Assembly: GCA_043228905.1 (NCBI GenBank)
Contig: JBHGNT010000010.1
Coordinates: forward strand, 4,340,001 to 4,404,000
Source of the DNA: Azolla caroliniana
Lineage: Eukaryota; Plantae; Polypodiophyta
Length of the DNA stretch: 64,000 nt
Reading direction: 5' to 3'
The position numbers were made by a program, and so were the translations under genes. This document shows positions 14,801 through 26,168 of the stretch, in pieces. The notes under the pieces were generated by a model that did not search any database, was not told where the DNA came from, and saw nothing but the letters and a program-made list of their open reading frames with translations. Every line of letters starts with the position of its first letter. Within the stretch, counting starts at the first letter, position 1.

Positions 14801-15453
14801 AGTATAAGCGTGCAAAAGAACGGAAAATCCATAACAGGGGCGTGTGTGTGTGTGTGTGTATTCACCTGTGGCGTTTCATATCCTAAAGGTTCCTTATTCT
14901 AAGTACAAACTCCTATTATGTTCTTCCTCTGTTTTAGATTAAACAATCAACAATACACGTATGATAAATTAAAAGTAAGTAAATTAATAGATATGCATAC
15001 ATACCAGGGAATATACTTTTGATTTTCAGGACCTTCTTTGAGAACTTGATCTGGAACCTTCTTGTTGAGATCTCTGAGTATTTCAGCTAAAGGTCTCATC
15101 ATGAACGAAGATCCTGAATTCACATCTAAAGGGGCAGCAATATAGCTTGTGTTAGAGTTAGCAAGCATCATTCTTCCAGTATCATCGGAATTCACCTTCA
15201 CCTGTCTTTGAGGGTTACGGTTAGATTTAAGGGTAGGGTTAGGATTTAGAGAGAAAATGGAGGCTGATGCATTCACATTCATCTGTGCTGTAGGATTAGG
15301 ATTTACAGAGAGAATGGAAGCCGATGCTAGAGGAGCTCTTGGTATTGGTGAAAAGTGAGCAATGGGCGATCTTGAAACATGAACTAAAGACTGATGGGCT
15401 GTGAAAGAAGAAGAAGAAGAAGAAGAAATGGGTGGGTTTAAGCTGGTGTCCAT
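8889..15453 (-). CDS. RAD52: Plant organellar RAD52-like ssDNA-annealing protein (RAD52-2/ODB type); 4 exons (15453-15005, 10558-10521, 10437-10343, 9032-8889), ~241 aa
   Basis: RPLAEILRDLNKKVPD...YIPWYQANRMLSFYAPGWCGEVRDITFS...VTVIYRVTIRGSDGEAFREASGT...AEAIAFVRACARFGLGLYLHH. Ser/Pro-rich transit-like N-terminus; 726 nt in frame. Confidence 0.9.
11900..13560 (-). pseudogene. Decayed GC-rich coding-like insert in RAD52 intron 1, probably TE-derived
   Basis: Abrupt GC increase; minus-strand frame whose stops look like CGA>TGA and CAG>TAG changes; TATA-like CTATATAGG near 13545; no recognisable domain. Confidence 0.35.
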
Positions 15454-15714
15454 GGCTATGGTGGAGAAGAGGTGGGCTATGGAAAAAATCAGAGAATGGA
15501 AGGTTTGCTGGCTAAAATGCTTAAAAGGTGGGAAACTTTAAAAGAGCAGAGCAGGAAGGAGAGAGAGAGAGAGAGAAGACTTGGTTTGGAGATTCATGCT
15601 TTGCTCTGTTTTCTTTCTTTTGTTTTTCTACTTTATTATATTAGAGACTATATCACATTTTGTGAGCTAAAAGAAAAGCACATAAATTTTTTAATCTTAA
15701 TCACCATAACTAAG

Positions 15715-15940
15715 CTCATATTGGGTGTGATGTTAACAATTAAACTCCCGTTAAGAAGCACGATTAGCGAATTAATCGCAAAAAAATGAGCTCTTGCTGT
15801 GAAGCGCAAGTAGCAAATTAAGCTCCTATTAGGAAGCGCAATTAGGAAACCGAGCTCCTAGTATGAAGCATGATTTTCAAGCTAAGCCCTTGCGACAACG
15901 CACAATCAGCGATTCGAGATCCTGATTTGATTAGCTAGCA
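15715..15940. repeat. Degenerate ~32-bp minisatellite upstream of RAD52
   Basis: Recurring GAGCTCCT...GAAGCGCAATTAG-like units. Confidence 0.55.
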
Positions 15941-17831
15941 TATAACTCTTTTCTAATTAGAGAGAAACGTGAAATTATGTAGTTAGCATTATGTGTCTTG
16001 TACTAGGATTTATTTTTCAAGGTATTTCGTTATATGTTTAATCTAAATTTTCCATATAATTAGGAACATAACATTGACCAAGCATGTATACATAAATTTG
16101 AAATATATTCAAGGTGCAAAACATATGTTTGAATGAATGTTCGTATATAGTTGACGATTTCTTATTTCTTATTTATGTTATAGTTTTAAAAGGTCAAGTG
16201 TCAATTGTGAGCATCTCCAGTAACTAGTGTATTGTGGTCTCCAAGCTATGGATCGGGTCAAAGGTTTCTCTAATGACAAGTCTCTCTCCCCAAACCAACC
16301 CCCCCCCCCCCCCACCCCACACACACTCTCTTGTGTGGTCATGTTATTGTCCATGGTAAAAGATTATTATCTTCCTAATCTCTCTCATACTCTTGAGATC
16401 AGGGGCTCGAGTGCAAATTAGGAGGGAACGGCATTGGGGAGTCTCATTAACCAACAAATATATGAAGAAACCTATCCACCCAATTGAATACAAGGATGGA
16501 AGTTCATCGCTACCATACCAATGCATGGCCCATAAGAGAAAGCCAAATCAATGTTTGGGAAGAAATACTCTTCTAAAGAGAACGTACAACATGGGGTTGA
16601 AGTCATATATGGAAACATGTTTGTGATCAATCTCTATTAAAGAGATCTTATGGGAATTCAAACATAACAAATTTGTCACTCACTAGTAGAACCAAATAAA
16701 GTGTCTCGTTTAATTTACATGCTACCTATTATTCATGTCGTGGCAACTTACACTTGTTAGTATGCATGTGTTGGCAAAATATTATTAAGGGGATTACAAA
16801 TAAAAGCCTACCAAATGCACAAGAAGCCAATGGATTATATAACTAGTTTTTGGACTTCATATGCCATCATTAGGAAAAACCACACCCCTTTACTCAAGGT
16901 TACTTAAAAAGACATTTCATCGTAGGAATCCATATAATAATTATTACAAATTGTATCACTCAATTGTTTATTTATGTCCTTAAACATTATTTGAGCTTGA
17001 AGCTCTCACCCTTGCAACCCTAATTAGAGCTTCCACTTGTTTCATGGAATTTGATACTCTATGTGTCAATCTCCAAATCCACCATCTCGAAATGGCCCAA
17101 CACCCAAATGAATGCTCAAAATGCAAGCGATTTTTAAGTTCATTGTTTGCATATTCATGCTTTAAAATCGATGTGGAGTATGGAAAAAAGGGCCCATAAT
17201 TTTATGCTTGGATGCCCACAATTCAAATTTTGTAAATGTTGCTTCAATGACATATTGTATTTTGTTATTTTCTAGAAGATTTGGTCCACTTAAACACAAC
17301 GTTGCTTTACGCTTCATTCAACCCATGATATATTTATACACTTGATTTCTAATGGGGACATTGTGCTTTGGCACGTTGTTAAGATGTTGATATAGTGGGA
17401 CTATACAACACACGAGCCAACGTTGTCAAACGAACCCTAATTGAAACAAATGGGAAAACTCCATTTGTGTGGTTACGTTTGATACCATGTGGGCTAGCAT
17501 CCATGACAATTTCATGTTCAAAAGACATTGCTCCACATATACCAACAATAATTTCATGTGCAAAAGACATCATGCTATGGGTATCAAAAGCAACACAATG
17601 TGAGCACACGTTATAAGTATGAACAAAAATAATTAATAGAAAGGGAAATATCAAACCTACCACTCTTTTGTAAATTGTAATAACAATGGTTTATAATACC
17701 CCTTGATAATAATAATAAAACTATCCCATAAAGTTTGTTTCTCTTAAATTTTGGCACCTAAAGATGTTAGTTACTCCTCAAATTTAGAGGTGCAACATAA
17801 GTATCCTCAAATCAAAACAATTTGTAGCAAT

Positions 17832-18245
17832 GGGCACGGTTTTGGCTCAAACTGAAACGAACCGTTAAGCCATGGTTTAACAGTTTATTGGTTCCAAAAT
17901 ATTTTAATGGTTTGGTTTGGTTTGGATGTTCGATAAACAATTTAGTTTCAGTTCTAAAACTCAGGTTTATAGGTTTTTAGTTAACTTTTTTTTACCTTAA
18001 TGGTTTATTAATTTAATGGTTTTTTATCGATTTAATTAATTTAATGGTTCAATTAAAGTTTCTTTTATTGATTTAATAAATTTAACTTAAATGCGTATTC
18101 AATTTAATGTATTTTTGTTTATTTAGATGTTTAATTAGTTTGATTTAAATGGTTCGGTTTGGTTTCAACTTTTCCCCAAAACAGTTTGGTTTGGTTTTTG
18201 TTTTATATAAACGGTTCAGTTTCTTTGCCTTGAAACCGAAACGCT
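17832..18245. mobile_element. MITE-like / hAT-derived non-autonomous remnant
   Basis: AACCG/CGGTT and GGTTT subterminal motifs at both ends (GGGCACGGTTTT... / ...AAACCGAAACG) around an AT-rich core; TSD not resolved. Confidence 0.45.
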
Positions 18246-19226
18246 AACAATAAGCACGCTCTATGCTAATAATTTAGCAAAGCACCCTAGTTAGAATTGA
18301 TAATTTAGCAAACAACTTCTTGACAAGAAGCAAAGCACCCTAGTTTACATGCTTCATGCAAACAATTGATAAGAATATTATCCTTGCTTGCAAGAAGTTG
18401 CAATCACTCATAATCACCAACACTCACATGGCAATGAATCTACTTCCCAACATTGTCACAAACCATCCATCACAACTATGTAAGCTGCCCATGCCCAAAG
18501 TCCCTAGGTCAACTGCAAGGAGAGGGTAGATATGGTGGCAAGGCTAGTGACGAGTGAGTGCAGTCATAACAAATTGTAGAAGGTGCAGCTGGATCACCAC
18601 CAAAGTTAATGCTTTTTCTGCAATGTGGTGTATACTCACAGTTCGAAGCCTAGAGATAGGAAAAGTACTAGGCATCCTAAATTTAGATTATTACTAGATC
18701 ATTAAGTCTCCCCAAAAAGTGACCTCAAGATTTGTCCCCAACACTCTGCCTATTCAAACAATTACACATTGTATAATATCAATTATATTCGATCAGCATA
18801 GGTCTTTCATTGATCAATGTCAGTAAGGTGTGCACATTCAACAATTCTTATGTACATAAAGCTCTTGAATCTTATTCTCAAATTCTATTTCTAGTTCATT
18901 CATAAATCTATACATTGAAGAAGTTCGAATTTTCAGAAGATATATGTCTCGACTGCACAGCACAACCACAAACTGACAGTGGTCAAATGTTGAAAGCTAT
19001 CAGTATTATAGATTAAAAAGTGTAGTATTTATACCATTTTTAATGAATACCATAAACAGAATGAGTCAGTGTTTATTTAATACCTTTTAGTAGGCTCTAT
19101 ACAATTAACTTTTTAAATACAAACCTGAAAGCAATGAACGTCATTTATTCAGCCCATGATTTATCAAATTTTCAGAACAAAAAATGAAAAATGAAAACTG
19201 ATCATCTTCTGGTTAATTACTTCATC

Positions 19227-22200
19227 TCAGTTCTTCCGATTTATATTCCTTCGTGAAGATGGTGCAGCATCTCCACTTCTACCGTTGTCTTCAACTAGAC
19301 TGGGCCCATCAACAAACTTCTTTAACGGGGATTCTCTGACAAGTTGAAAAAAAAAAACAGGAGGAGAAATTCATTATATTTATTTTCAAACATCTGTATT
19401 AAAAATTGCTACAGGTTAAAAGTTCAAAATATTGAAAAGATTCAATCTCAAGATTCCATCTAGATATATTCAAGAATTTTCATTTTATTCAGTACACCAA
19501 TGATCCAATCTTTAAAATACTTACTTGCTTTCTTTGAAAAGGAAGGCATCAATCGAAATTGAGGTCTCAAATACAGGTTCTGCATAAACATATCCATTTC
19601 AGAAAGACAAGCTAACATGTAACTACCTGACATTAACGGCGCCTCTGAATTGCCCATTAAATTTTTGGTTCAAATTGATCAATTGATGAAGAGAGAATAA
19701 GGTAATCACATATTTAAGGAGAAAGCATAAACAAATCAAATAGACGCTTAAAGAGCAGTACCTTAACTACAATACAAGATGCATGGCAATTCTAGTTTAA
19801 ACCATCAGCATACTAATCAGGCATCGTTATATGCAATCCTCTCATGCATCTGGTCCTGATGCTCTTCATTTTTGTCCTTATTTTTTCCTAAGCTCAACAC
19901 ACTAAATCAGCCCATTTCAAGATGTGCATTATCTTTGTACATACCACTCTAGTTCTAACATGTGGTAAAGGTTCCTCGTCAAATCCAGTTCAATCTGGCG
20001 GTGAGAAGTTTTTTATTATCTCATGGATCAGCGGCCGGGGCTTTATTCTCGCTATTTAACACCAACATGAAGATGTACACATTGAAAACCACAGCAAACA
20101 AGATTATATTTACTTTTCCATTTATAAATGTGATAGACATTATGTGTCGGAATGTCATGTGGATGTAGTCAAACATTCACCAATAAGGTTTATCGTGACC
20201 AAATTTGAATGCACCTTGCAAATGGAGTAAGTCACCAAGATTAGGTAATACCCAATTCAACTTGATTACTGGGCAGTCCAATAAAATGAGAGATGGAAAT
20301 ATGTTGATAAACAGTGACAAGATGGATTGGGCAAGCATGTATCTTATGCTATACATGTTAATATTCAACTTTCCAATGAAGTAAATAGCCCTTCCAGAGC
20401 AAACTGACTCTATTTTGGAAGGAGGAACCTTGTTGGGATGACATTACCTCAGCTTTCAAAGAGCCATTAAAACCTGAAGACCAATCCCCCATTGATGATG
20501 ATTTGGTTTGCACCAAGCAATAGCAAAGCTAAAGGCATGACAAACCAATTATTGAAGTCTAAGGAGGATATTGACAGCTATTCATGATGTCATACAAAGG
20601 TCACATAAAGTAAAAAATGCCAAAGGATACATGCTGGGATGTCAACCAGAGCAGGACCAACTTTCAGCTTGTACCGACACTGATGATCATTTGGTTTGCA
20701 CCAAGCAATCGCTCACAGATGGGGGCACCATTACTCACATGATACCCGTGCATAGCTTACATCTTTGACCGATAAAAAATATCACATGTTACAATCATTA
20801 GTATTAGCAATTTTCAACCTTTCATGATTATCGTAGTACATGTTCCTCATACGGGGGAAGCACATACCTACCATATGAACATATTATACCTTTGCCGAGG
20901 ATCTACAAACTCTCACACTTGACCACTGCATAATCAGAACCATAGTCAAAACACTTGAGCCCCTGATTTTTATTTGTAAACAGGCAATACACCTTGAGAG
21001 TAGTTTGCCGAATTTTCTCACATTCTCAATTCAATCTCAGTTTGAATTCACATTGATGGAAGAGTTCCTAGACTTTGAGCATTGGAAGAATATAATGTGT
21101 GCCATTGGAGACATTAATCCTTATCCAGCACATGCTATTGTTTTTAGCTTCAAAAAAGTAGCATTTACTTATCACTGACAATAGGCAAGGTAAAAAATTC
21201 TCAAGCAAAGTCCTTGCATGACACAATTTCCTCTTTTATAACATTCCAGCACCATTATGCATAAGAAAATAAATAAACTTAGAGATTATTTTCTTACAGA
21301 TCCCGAGCGACAATCTGAAAAATATGACTATTGATTGGCCATGTGGGCATGCCTGGGTTTGATCCTACGTGACTCTATTTTTACGTAAATCATTTCTGAA
21401 GTTTGTCCACCCACTTTACTTGGAGTCAACAATTTAATGCAACGTCAGCATGGATGCCAATCTGAGTGTTCAGAATCAACTACAACTTATTTGCTCAAAG
21501 ATAGAAGGTACGGGGAGCCACTGCTCACATGAAACCCATGCAAGACTAGTTTACATTGCTCACATCTTTATCACATCAGAATCCCGCTCATGTCACAATC
21601 CCCAGCACGAGCAATTTTCAATCATTCATGCTTATAGTATTACATGTTCCTCATATAGAGAGGTATATTCCTAACATATGAACATATTATACCCTTAGGG
21701 AGGATCTAGAAGATCTCACAGTTACCCACCACATAATCAGAACCACGCCAAAAGCATTTAGGTCCTTGCTTTTCGTTTGTAAACAATCAAAGATCTTGAG
21801 AATATATTTCAGCCGATTTTCTCAACTTTCCAATTCAATATCTCGGGTTGAACTCACATTGATGGAAAATTCCCTAGACATTGACTTTTGGAAGAATGCT
21901 ACGTCAGAGAGATTTGTGATCCAAAAATCCTTATCCAGTGTGTCTATTGTTTTTAGACTTTAGCTTTAAGAAAATAGTGGCATCCACTTACAATTGGCAA
22001 TTAACAAGTTAAGAAAACTATCAAACAAATCCCATATATGACATTATTTCCTCTTTTATAAAATTCCAGCACTGTTATGCATAAGGACATCAAATAAATT
22101 AGAAATTATTTTCTTACAAACCACATGTAACCAGCTGAAAAATCTCTGGCTATTGATCTGGCATGCCTGGATTTGACCCTACATGACATAATTTCTAGTT

Positions 22201-23492
22201 AAATATTTTCTGTAGTTGTTAGCCCACTTTTCTTGCAGCCATCAATTTAGAGCCAAATCAGTGTGCATGCCCATCTGAGCGTTCAGAATTTGAGTTACGT
22301 TGTATTCGCTCTCAACCACTAATTTATCTCAGCTTCTCTCTATCATCAATAGATGATGTTGCCTTTTGTCCATTACAATAGAAACGTGTGATCTCCTTCA
22401 AATTATCCCAATGCATTATGTCATTGGTTATATGAGTTAATAATGCAAACTCTAGCATGCAACTTAAGAATTTGGGTCTACTCATGCTTCAACTGGATGA
22501 AGATCCCTACCATTGTCATGAATTTTGGAAAAAGTTGAAATGCCAAACATGTTACAAATCTCTGCATTTCAAATTGACTATACTTTTAACTGAATACTCT
22601 CTTTAAAGGAGATTTAGAAGAATTTAAGGCCAATCAAGACATAACTGAAAAAGCACAAATGGTGCATAGATTTGCATTTTAGGTCTACTATACTTTGAGT
22701 CGGATGCAAACACTTCCCCTCCAAGGCCAAAATTAAATCAGTTAAGATGAAATTTAAATGTCGAAAAAGCTACAAATTTCTAAACTTTAAATATACTACG
22801 CTTGTAACTGGAAAAAAGTCCTTCTTAAAGGAAGAACTTGAAGCAAATGCAAATCCTTCTTCTTAAGGGAATAACTTGAATACAAGAAGGTCCAAAGTTC
22901 CATATTATTATCCCAAAAAGGGTAGAATTTTTTATGATTTAGGTTTACTATACTTCGATGGGATGCAAATCTTTGCCCTTTAAAGCAAATGAAGATATAA
23001 TTTAATAAAAGACCAAATAAAAATTGAAAACGATTTTAGACAAATTAATACCTCCAGACAGTGCCATTGCAGAGAAATACTTATGGTTGATTCGACGAAG
23101 GTACTCTTTCTCGTATCTTCTATATTTCCCTGCAGCCTCTTGAGAATCATCTCTGCAAAAGAGAAAACGATTCAAGGGGGGGGGAAAGAAGAAGAAAGAT
23201 GTTGAATTTTACACACAGGAAAACAATTTGAAAGACGAAACGAAAAGCAGAATGAATGTACAAGAGAAAGGGAAGAAGGAAGTGGGGAGAAGGAGAAGGA
23301 GAAGATATATAGGTATTTGCTTAACTCTAGGGATCGAGAAGAGGTTCTGGAGTGAGAAGATGGCTTCAGCGTGTTTCCTGTCGTCGGTGTGGTCGCCTCC
23401 CTGGTTTCTTCTTCTTCTGCTTCTTCTGCTTCTTCATCTTCTTCGACTTCTTCTTCGACTTCTTCGTTCGGGCCCCGTCGCCCTCCCGCCAT
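19227..23492 (-). CDS. Uncharacterised conserved plant protein, 4 exons (23492-23326, 23152-23052, 19579-19525, 19335-19227), ~143 aa
   Basis: Acidic N-terminus MAGGRRGPNEEVEEE..., then AGKYRRYEKEYLRRINHKYFSAMALSGEPVFETSISIDAFLFKESKESPLKKFVD. Resembles the plant KY..YE..Y.RR...KYFS family of unknown function. GT-AG introns; 432 nt in frame. Confidence 0.75.
20790..22300. repeat. Old ~800-bp tandem duplication inside intron 2 of the uncharacterised gene
   Basis: Matching blocks, e.g. CATATGAACATATTATACC at ~20872 and ~21675; TTCCTCTTTTATAA.ATTCCAGCAC at ~21228 and ~22048. Confidence 0.8.
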
Positions 23493-23544
23493 GGAAACAC
23501 ACACAGATTCAGACTCAGAGTATTTCTCTATATACGTATACGTA

Positions 23545-23653
23545 TACGCGTACGTATACAGACAAGTATTAGAAATTCATCGAAATGCCCCCCCCCCTCT
23601 CTCCCAACGCGTATTATTTTGGGATATTTCCCGAACTACCCCTCGCCTATTCC

Positions 23654-23689
<36 letters not shown>

Positions 23690-23930
23690 TTTCTTCGTAA
23701 ATGTATGTTTGTTATTGAAACAAGATGATATAATACATTATCTCTATATACGTACGTATACAGACACGTATTAGAAATTCATTGAAATGCCCCTCTCTCC
23801 TAACGCGTATTATTTTGGGATATTTCCCGAACTACCCCTCGCCTATTCCTCTTTCTTTCTTTCTTTCTTTCTTTCTTTTTCTTCGTAAATGTATGCTTGT
23901 TGTTAAAACAAGATGATATAATACATTATA
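23545..23930. repeat. ~200-bp tandem duplication just upstream of the uncharacterised gene
   Basis: GTATTAGAAATTCAT.GAAATGCCCC...CCCGAACTACCCCTCGCCTATTCC(TCTT)n...ACAAGATGATATAATACATTA occurs twice. Confidence 0.85.
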
Positions 23931-24213
23931 CAAGCCTTGCTATCTCCACTACTTCATTAGTACATCGTAATATGGGCAAGGTAAACCCTCTCTAAGTGTT
24001 GTAATTTCTCTTTCTCTTTCTCTTTTTGCTTCCACCATGGGCTTAATGCAAAAACCCCTATGACCAAACCCTAATATATTCAAACCACCGTCAGAAGGTC
24101 TAGAGCTTGGATCCTCGTATCCCTTTCCACTCATTTTAACACATCTTTGTTAAGACTATATCCCAAACAACAACCTCACAATCGGTGTATCGAACCAACA
24201 ACCTCGTAATTCA

Positions 24214-24263
<50 letters not shown>

Positions 24264-24272
24264 ATCGTAATT

Positions 24273-24336
24273 ACCTTACCCTAGTGGTAAGCTGTTAGCA
24301 CTATAAGCATTGCGTTCTGGGTTCGAAACCCAACTT
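24273..24336 (+). ncRNA. tRNA-derived (SINE-head-like) sequence between (TC)n tracts
   Basis: A-box-like TAGTGGTAA and B-box/T-arm TGGGTTCGAAACCCA at tRNA-like spacing; no complete cloverleaf. Confidence 0.5.
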
Positions 24337-24344
24337 TCTCACCT

Positions 24345-25770
24345 CTCTCTCTCTCTCCAAGGCCAAATGTTGGACCCAATACAAGAGAGTTTTAACCCAC
24401 TCGTCTTAGCAAGGAGTCACATACAAGATGATATGTTGATTTCGTTCCATAGTTCAAATTGACCTCACAAACGATATCTATTCTTTTCTTTTTGACTATC
24501 TATTATATTCTTCTTCTTCTTCTTCTTTTGGTAGAACCGCACAATTATATTAATTGTATGTTGTGCACATATAGAATGTTGAATCTTTAGAGGAATACAT
24601 CCATCGAGCAATGGTCTCCATGATGCTTGAATCTTAGTTTTCCCATGCAATAATCCTTTATGTGCAAAAAAATATTGCATCGTAAATATCCATGATATTG
24701 TTGACACATATATCCTAATACTGCAAATCTACGGGCAATCAAGTGCATTTCCAAATTCAATATTGCAGCACCACCTAACTGTTTGGGAGTAGCCAAATGA
24801 TCTCATGAAATTCATACAACTTTTCTCTCTTCCCCCACAACATGAACCGAATGGCAAAGAGGTTGCGATAATGTTTGCAATGACTCAGGAGATGGTACCT
24901 TTGGTATCAATACAATTATGCCCACCTTCCAACTGTCAAGCATGAAACCAAAATCCCAACATTGTTGAAACATTTGCATGAATGGTCTCTTAAGCACGCT
25001 AACATATCTTTCTAAGTCTTCGTTTGTGATATCATCCCAACTAGGACTTTTACCATTTGGAAGGTCGATACCTTTTCCACCTCCACTTCTTCAAACTCAA
25101 CATCCAACTATTGACCAATATTTGTATTCACAGTACACCCAACTACATCATAAAACTTTACCTAATCAACTTCTTAAAATGATAAATACATACCTTAATA
25201 ACCTTGACTAGGTTCACAAAAATATTATCTCCTATCTTAATTTGCACCACATTTGAATGAGCATATGATGGTCATAATCTTTGGAAAACATATGAGATTG
25301 TGATTGATTATCTATAAACCCCTCATGTAACTTACCTTGTGATAACTTTGATAACATCCGATTTCCACAATGTCCTAAATCTGAACTTGAAGATTCAAAG
25401 CTCTTCATCATTTTGATTATGCATCAATAATACATTACATCAAGTAAGAATATGTGAAAACTTATCGATCAATTGCCTTCATCTTTGAGCATTAGTTAAA
25501 CCATACATATGGTGAATATCATCAATGTTTTTTTTTAAATAGTGTATTGCATGCATGACATCCCTTTGAATTAATGTGTTCTTAAAACATACAAAAATGT
25601 GTTGCATATAGGCATCAAATAAGGAATGAAACAATAAAGACTAATTAAACCTCAAAGGAATCTTATCGAGCAATGTAATATACATATCCATCACATGTTT
25701 ATTAAACTCGAAACATATGAGAAATGATCCGATGATACAAGCTATTGAACAACTAACATATTATGAATCT
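24345..25770 (-). mobile_element. Degenerate LINE (L1-like), 3' part with RT remnants
   Basis: WKVGIIVLIPK and PKQLGGAAILNL motifs; ends at a (GA)n tract; continues on the far side of the copia insertion. Confidence 0.7.
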
Positions 25771-26168
25771 TGTAAACGTAAGTGTTTGCGGAAGCGTAAA
25801 ACAGAGAACAACACAGAGAGAGAGAGAGAGAGAGAGCAGAACACAATTTCAAAATTATATCAAGACTCCTTTTTCTACACATTGTGCTAAGTAGCACTAT
25901 TTATACAAGTCCTCTTGGGACTGACAGAAGTACCATGTACTTCAATGCTCACACGAGCATCTGACACTTACTACGAGACTATAGCTACCTAGTGGTCTAT
26001 CCTATACTAGGCTTCCGATTGGACTGCCGGTTACGGATTGCACGCGGCCTCCACTGCTTGCCAGTTCGGTTGCTCACCGTCATACCGATCCGTTTCGCCC
26101 GATCCGTCTCGCTTACCGGCTCCGGCTTATTCAGCCGATCCGGCTCCGGTTGAGCTTGCCGCTCAACA
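25771..26168 (-). repeat. 3' LTR of the copia element
   Basis: Direct repeat of 31895-32300, adjacent to the PPT. Confidence 0.95.

Noticed and set aside
15715-15940. Repeat arrays as CRISPR-like (also 40900-41280)
   Set aside because: Degenerate tandem units without unique spacers, no cas genes, eukaryotic context
19945-19995. Exon-like segment (AG...GTATG) encoding IELDLTRNLYHMLELE
   Set aside because: Phase is incompatible with the flanking exons (gives an immediate stop); could only be a poison exon, and there is no supporting evidence
20690-20712. Minus-strand GCTTGGTGCA resembling miR168
   Set aside because: Only ~10 nt match and no fold-back precursor seen
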